This document shows, one piece after another, positions 10,056 to 17,288 of a DNA stretch of 32,000 nt. Positions within the stretch are counted from its first letter, which is position 1. Every line of letters begins with the position of its first letter. The stretch covers positions 30,001-62,000 of the forward strand of contig JACPWU010000020.1 in assembly GCA_016196885.1 (NCBI GenBank). Direction: 5' to 3'. The notes under the pieces are model-generated. The model had not been told where the DNA came from, made no database searches, and saw only the letters and a program-made list of their open reading frames with translations. This DNA comes from Chlamydiota bacterium. GTDB lineage: Bacteria; Auribacterota; JACPWU01. The translations under genes and the position numbers were made by a program.

Positions 10056-10806
10056 TGCGACCTAAAATAAAAGAGAGGAAAAGTGAGGACGTAAAAAAGA
10101 AAAGGCTGATCCATTGATAAAGGCTTAAAGGGCCGAAGAAGGGATTGTCTCCCCTGAAAAATTCCATACTAAAACGCAAAGCAGGATAAAGGAGTAGATA
10201 ATTTAAAAAGGTCTGACCTTCAAATTTCTTGAATTTTTCTAGCCCTAAAAGAATAAAAAATAAAGCAACCAAAAGAAGGCTTTCATAAATTTGGGTCGGA
10301 TGAATCAAATGCCGAGCTCCATAGTGAAGCGCGGGCAAACTTCCCGGAGGAAAGGTCACAGCCCATGAACAAGTGGCCGGACGTCCAAAACAGCAACCAT
10401 TCATGAAGCAGCCGATCCTTCCCAAGGCATGCGCCAAGACAAGAGACGGAATCATGAAATCTAAAATTTTCAAAAATGAAATATGCTTCCTCTTTGAAAA
10501 AATCAAGAGCGCCAAAATTCCCCCAATAAATCCCCCGTAAAAAACAAGCCCGCCCCGATTAAGCATCAAAATTTGCAAGAGGTGATGTTGAAACTCACCC
10601 CCATGAGAGACAACATAAAAAATCCTCGCACCTATCAATCCCCCCAAAATGGCCCATATCGCCATGTCATAGACGATAGCTCGAGAGATATTCATTTTAG
10701 GGGCTCGCCACAACAAGACGACTACAGCTAGAACAAATCCCAGAGCCATGGCCATGCCGTAAGAATAAATCGTAATAGAACCCCAGTGAAAAAGAATGGA
10801 TTTCAT
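10036..10806 (-). CDS. lgt: prolipoprotein diacylglyceryl transferase
   Basis: Polytopic membrane protein with GRIGCFMNGCCFGRP and a conserved Lgt layout. I start at ATG 10806 (MKSILFHWG), with AGGTGG 5 nt upstream. The track's 26 extra N-terminal aa (GTG start) are a read-through of the GC-rich repeat. Confidence 0.9.
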   Translation of the reverse strand: MKSILFHWGSITIYSYGMAMALGFVLAVVVLLWRAPKMNISRAIVYDMAIWAILGGLIGARIFYVVSHGGEFQHHLLQILMLNRGGLVFYGGFIGGILALLIFSKRKHISFLKILDFMIPSLVLAHALGRIGCFMNGCCFGRPATCSWAVTFPPGSLPALHYGARHLIHPTQIYESLLLVALFFILLGLEKFKKFEGQTFLNYLLLYPALRFSMEFFRGDNPFFGPLSLYQWISLFFFTSSLFLSFILGRNVRRNR

Positions 10807-10822
10807 GAGACCACCTAAATAA

Positions 10823-10965
10823 TAACCCCTCCACCTCCCCTTATGGTTTGCGCCCTGCCGGGCTCCAACCACTTCCTCGTCCACCCGCTGCGACGGGTAC
10901 CCGGACTCGGTCGAAAGGGGAGAGTTTCTCCCCTCTTTAGTTCAAAGAGGGGTTGGGGGAGTTAA
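10823..10965. repeat. GC-rich palindromic element with ~80-nt GC-rich cargo (G2)
   Basis: Termini are TAACCCCTCCACCTCCCC... and ...GAGGGGTTGGGGGAGTTAA, with an internal hairpin CCCCTCTTTAGTTCAAAGAGGGG. It fills the lspA-lgt spacer. Confidence 0.8.
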
Positions 10966-11455
10966 TCTTTTTTTCCTTCAAAAAATATATCCCCAAAAGT
11001 ACCGCCCCTCCTGTAATCGCACTGTCTGCAACATTGAATGTCGGCCACTCGTGGGAGCCGATAAACACCTGAAAGAAATCTATCACAAAATGATACGTGA
11101 TGCGATCCCACAAATTTCCAAGGGCGCCTCCCAAAATCATCCCCAATCCCATCTTCCACAAAATTCCTTTTTTTCCCCATCTAAAATACAAAAATAAAAT
11201 AAGAAGAAGCGAAAAAAGAGTTGTCACTACAAGAAAAAGTCTAGCATTTTTAAAGAGACCAAAAGCGGTTCCCGTATTGTGAACCAAGGCAAGATAAAAA
11301 TAGGGAGGAATCATCTCAATGCGATGTCCTACATTCATCAGCCATTGAGAAAGGAAATGCTTCGTAAATTGATCTAGCAAGAAAATAAAAAGGGTTAAGC
11401 CGAAAAAGAGAACGTGACTTACGCCTTCTTTTTCTTTTCCTGTTCGGATTGGCAT
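10937..11455 (-). CDS. lspA: lipoprotein signal peptidase II
   Basis: Motifs LDQFTK, NTGTAFG and FNVADSAI are present. The start is ambiguous (ATG 11455 or GTG 11464, both overlapping the upstream dksA-like stop). The last 9 aa, INSPNPSLN, are encoded by the repeat terminus. Confidence 0.88.
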   Translation of the reverse strand: MPIRTGKEKEGVSHVLFFGLTLFIFLLDQFTKHFLSQWLMNVGHRIEMIPPYFYLALVHNTGTAFGLFKNARLFLVVTTLFSLLLILFLYFRWGKKGILWKMGLGMILGGALGNLWDRITYHFVIDFFQVFIGSHEWPTFNVADSAITGGAVLLGIYFLKEKKINSPNPSLN

Positions 11456-11844
11456 GGCAGACACAAGGTCGCGTAAGGAACGGCTTCAAGGCGTTTGGCT
11501 GAAATCGGTTTGTCGCACACCTCACAGATTCCAAAGGTCCCTTCATCCATTCTCTTGAGGGCCTCTTCAATCAAATAGAGAATTTCTTGCTCCTGCGTAA
11601 AAATTCCCAAGGCGACACCGCGATCATAATCGTCACTGCTCATGTCTGCCATGTGAATAGAGTAGCCTGACAACTCCCCTGTCATCTCCTTCTGGGATTT
11701 CTGAAGATGATCATCCTTCAAATGGCTAATATCAGAGCTTAAGCGATCACGTTCATCAATCAAAATCTTCTTATATTCCTGAAACTTCGCTTTAGGAAGT
11801 TTACCATTCTTGACTGTTTTTGCTGCTGCTTTCGCTTTAGCCAT
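11419..11844 (-). CDS. DksA/TraR-family C4 zinc-finger protein
   Basis: 141 aa with a coiled-coil N-part and CEVCDKPISAKRLEAVPYATLCLPC (CxxC-x17-CxxC). Confidence 0.85.
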   Translation of the reverse strand: MAKAKAAAKTVKNGKLPKAKFQEYKKILIDERDRLSSDISHLKDDHLQKSQKEMTGELSGYSIHMADMSSDDYDRGVALGIFTQEQEILYLIEEALKRMDEGTFGICEVCDKPISAKRLEAVPYATLCLPCQSEQEKKKKA

Positions 11845-11896
11845 GATCTTTCCCTTCCCTCATTCGCATGAGTATTGTTATACAACAAACCTTGAA

Positions 11897-14695
11897 TCAT
11901 TTCGAAGCAATGATCGTCTCTACAGCCTCTACACATCGCTCACAAAGAGAAGGGTGCGTTACATGAGCTCCCAGTTCTGTTGAATAATTCCAACAGCGCT
12001 GACATTTTTCGCCCTGTGAGCGACGAACTAAAATCTTAAGCCCCCGCATGCCGGATTCTTCACCTGCAAGGAGCGAATCAACCTTTTCTAACGTGGCGTG
12101 AGAAACAATAAAAATCGCCTTAAGATCCCTCCCCAAAAATTCAAGCGCCTCAAACACCTCTTGGCGAGAGACGTAAAGATGGGCTTCGGCCTCCAAGGCA
12201 CTGCCAATCATCTTTTCTTTACGCAAAGATTCTAAAACCTTCAACACCTCGGAGCGCACTTCCTTAATCAACTCCCATCGGGCTTCACACCGCGCATCAT
12301 ACCAATCTGGATGAACTTCAGGCCAACGCTCCAAATGTACACTGGAAGCCTCCGCCCCCAAAAGGCCGTCCGTTTGCCAAACCTCTTCTGCCGTAAAGGC
12401 TAGAATCGGAGCCATCACCCGTGTTAAGGCCTTCACAATCTCATACAGAACAGCCTGAGCCCCTCTTCTCTCTTGGGAGTTTGGCGGGGAAGTATAGAGC
12501 CTGTCCTTCAGAATGTCAAAATAAAAAGAACTCAAATCCACGGTACAAAACTGCTCCGCTTCATGATAAATGCGATAAAATTCACATTGACGATAGGCCT
12601 CGTCCACCCGCTTCAACATTTGAGAAGTTTGGCTCAAGGCCCAGCGATCCATTTCACCTAATTCTTCTCTTAAAATTTGATGAGCAGACTTATCGTAATC
12701 GAATAGATTTCCCAAGAGATAACGAAAAGTGTTCCTGATCTTTCGATAAGTGTCCGCCACCTGGGCCAAAATTTCTTTCGAAATTCGCAGGTCCTGCGAA
12801 AAATCCGCCGAAGACACCCAAAGCCTTAAAATATCAGCCCCATAGTCCTTCATCACGTCTTGAGGCGCCACCACATTGCCAGCGGACTTAGACATTTTTT
12901 TGCCTTCCCCATCCACCACAAATCCATGTGTCAAAACCGCCTTAAAAGGACTCTCCCCGACAAGCCCCATTGCTGCCAAGAGCGAAGTCTGAAACCATCC
13001 CCGATGCTGGTCACTGCCTTCTAAATAAAGATCCGCGGGATATTGAAGGCCGGGAAAACGTTTTAGAACCGCATGATGGCTGACTCCCGAATCAAACCAA
13101 ACATCAATGATATCCTCTTCTTTTAAAAATTTTCCATGACCACAGGAAGGACATTTTTGCCCCATTGGCATCAAGGCCTCTGTTGAAAATTCAAACCAAA
13201 CCGAGGCCCCTTTCTCTCTCACTTTTTCAACAACCTTTTGGGCCGTGGCATCATCTAAAAATTCTTTCTCACAATGGGCACAATAAAAAATGGGAATAGG
13301 GACCCCCCAAAGTCTTTGACGCGAAAGGCACCAATCAGGGCGTCTTTCCACCATGCTTGAAATACGGTTTTTACCGACAGAAGGGACCCACTGGACCTTT
13401 TCAATCGCCTCAAGCGCTTTTTGACGCAGCTCTTTTCGATCCACGCCCAGAAACCATTGCGGGGTAGCCCGAAAAATCACAGGGGATTTGCATCGCCAAC
13501 AATGGGGATAAGAGTGCTCTATTTCGTTCTTCAGAATAAGGCGGCCCCTTTCCTCTAGCAAATCACAAATCGCCGCATTTGCCTTAAAAACAAATTGCCC
13601 TTTTAGAAACTCTACTTCTTCTGTGAATTGGCCCTTGGCATTCACAGGAGACAAAATAGGCAAATGATAGACCAAGCCCATTTCATAATCCTCTTCCCCA
13701 TGCCCCGGTGCCGTATGCACGCAGCCCGTTCCTTGATCCAGCGTCACATGCTCTCCCAAAATGAGAAGCGATTTGCGCGACAAAAAGGGATGCTCACATT
13801 CTAAACGATCGAAAGACTCACCCTTGATATTTTTAAGCACCTCTATTTTTTCCCATTGTTTCAGAGCTTGAAGCTGAGGAAGGAGGTCCACAGCTAAGAT
13901 CAAGATTTCCTCTCCCACTTTGAGAGCGGCATAATCTGCCTCTTTTTTTAAGGCTACAGCCACATTGCCCGGCAATGTCCAAGGGGTTGTCGTCCAAATG
14001 ACAAGCTGAGCACCTAAAGGTAAAGCCAACTTTTGACAGGTCTCTGGCGTTAAAGCAAATTTCACATAAATCGAAGAAGATTTCTTATTTTCATATTCGA
14101 CTTCTGCCTCTGCCAATGCCGTCTCGCATTGATAACACCAATGCACCGGCTTTAAACCCTTATAAATATAGCCCTCGCGATAAAGCCTCCAAAAACATTC
14201 CATGATGGTCGCTTGATAATCATAATTCATCGTGAGATAAGGCCTTTCCCAATCGCCCCAAATTCCCAATCTCTTAAATTGATCTTTCTGAATTTTGACA
14301 AAGCGCGCTGCATATTCACGGGCTTTTTCCCGAAATTCCAAACGATCCACATTATGCTGGGTCTTGCCCAGTTCCTTAAAGAGTTGAAGTTCGACTGGCA
14401 ATCCATGGCAATCCCAGCCCGGTACATAAGGGGCCCGGAAACCCTTCATGGAATAATAGCGAATGATCATGTCCTTTAAAATTTTATTGAGGGCGTGTCC
14501 AATGTGAATATCCCCATTGGCATAAGGAGGCCCGTCATGAAGAATAAAGGGGGGCGCCTCCTTCCTTTCCTCTTGAAGGCGCTCATAAAGTTTTTCTTTC
14601 TCCCATTGATCAAGAAAGAGCGGCTCTCTTTTGGGAAGATCAGCCTTCATGGGAAAACTAGTTTTGGGAAGATTCAAGGTCTCTTTATAGTCCAT
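11897..14695 (-). CDS. ileS: isoleucine--tRNA ligase
   Basis: HIGH motif (HIGHALNK), KMSKS, an editing domain, and a C-terminal zinc-binding CxxC...CxxC. I start at ATG 14695 (MDYKETLNLPKT); the track start is a TTG 4 codons upstream. Confidence 0.97.
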   Translation of the reverse strand: MDYKETLNLPKTSFPMKADLPKREPLFLDQWEKEKLYERLQEERKEAPPFILHDGPPYANGDIHIGHALNKILKDMIIRYYSMKGFRAPYVPGWDCHGLPVELQLFKELGKTQHNVDRLEFREKAREYAARFVKIQKDQFKRLGIWGDWERPYLTMNYDYQATIMECFWRLYREGYIYKGLKPVHWCYQCETALAEAEVEYENKKSSSIYVKFALTPETCQKLALPLGAQLVIWTTTPWTLPGNVAVALKKEADYAALKVGEEILILAVDLLPQLQALKQWEKIEVLKNIKGESFDRLECEHPFLSRKSLLILGEHVTLDQGTGCVHTAPGHGEEDYEMGLVYHLPILSPVNAKGQFTEEVEFLKGQFVFKANAAICDLLEERGRLILKNEIEHSYPHCWRCKSPVIFRATPQWFLGVDRKELRQKALEAIEKVQWVPSVGKNRISSMVERRPDWCLSRQRLWGVPIPIFYCAHCEKEFLDDATAQKVVEKVREKGASVWFEFSTEALMPMGQKCPSCGHGKFLKEEDIIDVWFDSGVSHHAVLKRFPGLQYPADLYLEGSDQHRGWFQTSLLAAMGLVGESPFKAVLTHGFVVDGEGKKMSKSAGNVVAPQDVMKDYGADILRLWVSSADFSQDLRISKEILAQVADTYRKIRNTFRYLLGNLFDYDKSAHQILREELGEMDRWALSQTSQMLKRVDEAYRQCEFYRIYHEAEQFCTVDLSSFYFDILKDRLYTSPPNSQERRGAQAVLYEIVKALTRVMAPILAFTAEEVWQTDGLLGAEASSVHLERWPEVHPDWYDARCEARWELIKEVRSEVLKVLESLRKEKMIGSALEAEAHLYVSRQEVFEALEFLGRDLKAIFIVSHATLEKVDSLLAGEESGMRGLKILVRRSQGEKCQRCWNYSTELGAHVTHPSLCERCVEAVETIIASK

Positions 14696-14707
14696 AAGTA
14701 TCCACAA

Positions 14708-14977
14708 TTATACAAATATCAACAGAAATTGAACCAAAAGCTTCTCGGCGACGGACAAAAGAATGAAAGCAATAATAGGCGAAAAATCAATCATGGACCA
14801 ACGCAGAGGAATAAGCCTTCGAATGGGTTGTAATATTGGATCCGTCAAACGATACAGAAATTGCACAATCGGATTATATGGATCCGGACTCACCCAAGAA
14901 ATGAGCACACGAATGAGCAATATAATAGAATAAAAATGAAAGATCCATTCGATCAGACGAATGAGCAAAATAATCAT
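14708..14977 (-). CDS. yggT: YggT-family membrane protein
   Basis: Small two-TM protein with ISWVSPDPYNP..., typical of YggT. I start at ATG 14977 (MIILLIR). The track's TTG start at 15001 lies inside the repeat terminus, so the start is uncertain. Confidence 0.8.
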   Translation of the reverse strand: MIILLIRLIEWIFHFYSIILLIRVLISWVSPDPYNPIVQFLYRLTDPILQPIRRLIPLRWSMIDFSPIIAFILLSVAEKLLVQFLLIFV

Positions 14978-14988
14978 AGAAAATTTTC

Positions 14989-15263
14989 TTAACCCCTCCA
15001 ACTCCCCTTAAATAAGGGGAGAGTAAAAAACTCGCTCTTTCGAGTTCCCCTCTTATTTAATTTTAATGATCCTTCGAGATCATCATGTGCGATGAAAGTT
15101 CTCCCCATTATGTTTTTTGTAGTCGCCCGATTCATCGGGCAATCCATGCAAGGGGCACACGGCAGCCCCATAAATGGGGCGACTACAAGGGTGATTTTCA
15201 TCCCCCTTTGTGCCGACCTCAGTCGGCATGAATGTTTCATAGTAAGAGGGGCTAGGGGAGTTA
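14989..15263. repeat. GC-rich palindromic element (G3), interrupted by a nested REPIN-like element
   Basis: TTAACCCCTCCAACTCCCCTTAAATAAGGGGAG...TCCCCTCTTATTTAA | insert | AGTAAGAGGGGCTAGGGGAGTTA. The uninterrupted equivalent, TCCCCTCTTATTTAAGAGGGGCTAGGGGGGTTA, is seen at 28855-28887. Confidence 0.85.
15059..15240 (+). repeat. REPIN-like element, copy A
   Basis: The core GTAGTC-GCCCGATTCATCGGGC-[23 nt]-A-GCCCCATAAATGGGGC-GACTAC spans 15119-15186. Its flanks are conserved with copy B (about 90% identity over the 5' 60 nt). Confidence 0.85.
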
Positions 15264-15277
15264 GTTTTTTTAATTCC

Positions 15278-16096
15278 TTATCCCCTCAACTCCTCAGACC
15301 TTTTTTGGGCTCGCTCAATACCTCGAATAATGGCTTCTCTCACCGAACTTTCCTGAAATATTTTGAGAGCCGCTTCCGTCGTCCCTCCCGGACTTGTGAC
15401 TTTTTTTCGCAAGGATTCCGGAGACTCTTGGGTTTCTTTTACTAAAAAAGAAGCGCCCATCGCTGTAGCCTCCACCAACTTTCGACTCACCTCAGGAGTC
15501 AAACCCAATCGAACCCCAGCCTCCACCATGGCCTCCATCAAATAAAAGAAATAAGCCGGCCCACTGCCGCTCACTGCCGTCACGGCGTCCAAAAGATTTT
15601 CAGGTAAAGGGACGGTTTCCCCAACAGAGCCCATCATTTGAAGCGCTATTTTTTCATCCTCTGATCCGGCAAAAGTTCCGCGGCTCACCCCCGAAATCCC
15701 CTTTCCAACGAGAGCTGGCATGTTGGGCATCACACGAATGACGCGCACCCCTTTCCCCAACTTTTCTTCAAATCTCTTAATGGGAATTCCTGCAGCAATG
15801 GTAATCAATGTTTTTGAAGAAAGGTCTTCTCCCTTGATTTCGTCTAAAACCTCATTGACATTCTGAGGCTTTACGGCAAAAAGAATGATATCGGACAGAC
15901 GAACGCCGTCTCGATTTTTTTCAAAGACGCGGACCCCAAACTTTTTCTGAATAAAATCTCGGCGTTCCTGGCGAATTTCGGTGATCCCAATATTTTCCGG
16001 CAGCATCTCTCGGGAAGCTTGGACCCCTTGGATCAAGGCCTCTGCCATATTGCCCGCACCTATCAAAAGAAGTTTTTTGTTCTCTAGAACACTCAT
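15278..16096 (-). CDS. proC: pyrroline-5-carboxylate reductase
   Basis: 272 aa with Rossmann motif LLLIGAGNMAEAL and the C-terminal signature SPGGTTEAAL. There is an ATGA overlap with the yggS stop. Confidence 0.95.
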   Translation of the reverse strand: MSVLENKKLLLIGAGNMAEALIQGVQASREMLPENIGITEIRQERRDFIQKKFGVRVFEKNRDGVRLSDIILFAVKPQNVNEVLDEIKGEDLSSKTLITIAAGIPIKRFEEKLGKGVRVIRVMPNMPALVGKGISGVSRGTFAGSEDEKIALQMMGSVGETVPLPENLLDAVTAVSGSGPAYFFYLMEAMVEAGVRLGLTPEVSRKLVEATAMGASFLVKETQESPESLRKKVTSPGGTTEAALKIFQESSVREAIIRGIERAQKRSEELRG

Positions 16097-16776
16097 CGCG
16101 GTCTCTCCCTAGGCCCAAAAATTGCCTGCCCAATTCGGATCATGGTTGAGCCTTCCTCAATCGCCACAGGATAGTCGTGACTCATCCCCATCGAGAGAAT
16201 GTCTAAATTTTTATAGTGATTCAAAAGCATCTTCATTTTCTTAAAATAAGGTCTCCCCTCTTCAGCATCCTCAAAAAAAGGAGCCACGGTCATGAAACCC
16301 CTCACCCTCAAATTTGAAAAATCTTGAATCTTTTGAACGGCACTTTCCACTTCCTCTTCCAAAAAGCCAAATTTGGTTTCCTCTCTTCCGATGTTTATTT
16401 CTAAAAGAATGTCTGCGACCTTGACCTTTTGAGCCGCAACCTTTTGAAGCCTTTCAGCCAATTTGAATGAATCAACAGATTGAATCATTTCAAACAATCG
16501 AATGGCATCATCCGCCTTATTGGTTTGAAGGTGACCCATCATATGCCATTTCAAGTCACTCGGCAATTGGGGAATTTTCCCAAGGGCCTCTTGAACACGA
16601 TTTTCACCGAACCATTGAATCCCTTCATGAAAAGCCTCTAAAATCTCAGGGGCTGAAACCCCTTTTGTTGCAGCCACAAGCATGATCTCGTGCGAAGATC
16701 TCCCCACCCTCTGGCAAGATTTTTGAATTTTTTTACGAATGATCTCGAGACAATCAGGAATCAAAGACAGGGGCAT
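16093..16776 (-). CDS. yggS: YggS-family pyridoxal-phosphate homeostasis protein
   Basis: The LVAATK PLP-lysine region and HMMGHLQTNK are present. I start at ATG 16776 (MPLSLIPD...), which shares one base with the upstream TGA (TGATG coupling). Confidence 0.9.
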   Translation of the reverse strand: MPLSLIPDCLEIIRKKIQKSCQRVGRSSHEIMLVAATKGVSAPEILEAFHEGIQWFGENRVQEALGKIPQLPSDLKWHMMGHLQTNKADDAIRLFEMIQSVDSFKLAERLQKVAAQKVKVADILLEINIGREETKFGFLEEEVESAVQKIQDFSNLRVRGFMTVAPFFEDAEEGRPYFKKMKMLLNHYKNLDILSMGMSHDYPVAIEEGSTMIRIGQAIFGPRERPR

Positions 16777-17258
16777 CAATCTACCCAAAGATTTGAGGCT
16801 TGCTGAGCTAGTATTTTTCCATCTTTCAAAAGGGTCACCTTCCAAACATCTACAGGGCCCTCCTTGGCAAATTCCTCTCCTTTATGTTCCACCTCTGTTT
16901 CATAAAGGCCCGTGCGATCTACCGACACTTCTAACATTTTTTTATGAAGGGCATTGTCTCCTGCCAAACGATATTCAAACTGAAGTTGAAGCGTTTGAGG
17001 TTGCGTGAGTTGAGAACATTTCCATTCAATCCGATGAGATTCACCCACCTCCTCCGGAGGAAGATTTTGAGGGGAATAAAATTTATCAATGTAAGAAATC
17101 TCATAGCCCAAATCATTGTGGGGACGCCCTAGGTCATGATACTGACTATTTTGCCGGGTCACTTTCTCAATGCTAAAGGTATCTGAATGCGCTAAAGCTA
17201 CAGTTCCTAAAATAAGGCTCGCTTGAATAATTATTTTTTGCCACCCCATGAATTTCAT
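16776..17258 (-). CDS. hypothetical secreted protein (signal peptide)
   Basis: 160-aa ORF whose N-terminus MKFMGWQKIIIQASLILGTVALAHS looks like a Sec signal peptide. I recognise no family. It is translationally coupled to yggS. Confidence 0.6.
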   Translation of the reverse strand: MKFMGWQKIIIQASLILGTVALAHSDTFSIEKVTRQNSQYHDLGRPHNDLGYEISYIDKFYSPQNLPPEEVGESHRIEWKCSQLTQPQTLQLQFEYRLAGDNALHKKMLEVSVDRTGLYETEVEHKGEEFAKEGPVDVWKVTLLKDGKILAQQASNLWVD

Positions 17259-17288
17259 AATTCTCCTTAAATTTTAAAATAAATCTTT

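Noticed and set aside
10807-10884. Long N-terminal extensions in the ORF track (lgt MDEEVVGARQG.., pyr[11 protein letters not shown].., yggS MEGDPFERW.., pur[11 protein letters not shown].., ileS MWIL, yggT MEGLRKFS)
   Set aside because: Where checked (lgt, ileS, yggT, higB), the extension starts at a GTG or TTG codon; all of them run through repeats or overlap the preceding gene. Internal ATGs that match the conserved family N-termini are better supported, and some have SD-like sequences (e.g. AGGTGG 5 nt upstream of the lgt ATG).
15070-15110. Possible hammerhead-like ribozyme core (CGATGAAAG next to a UUCG-capped stem) in the conserved flank of the REPIN-like element
   Set aside because: There is no CUGANGA box and no properly placed GAAA/three-stem junction or cleavage-site context. 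The similarity is limited to GAUGAAA.
15278-15296. proC 3' end TTATCCCCTCAACTCCTC resembles the repeat terminus TTAACCCCTCCAACTCCCC
   Set aside because: The encoded ..RSEELRG is a normal-looking ProC C-terminus (RS.EL is common in ProC), so the resemblance may be coincidental. I could not distinguish this from an old, domesticated terminus.
14989-15445. Track ORFs 14989..15240(-) and 15092..15445(+), plus 24878..25081(+) at the second locus, with peptides such as VVAPFMGLP.. and MNRATTK
   Set aside because: They are translations of the REPIN-like and GC-rich repeats in both orientations. They lie in spacers or antisense to proC, and the 'conservation' between them is nucleotide-level repeat identity.
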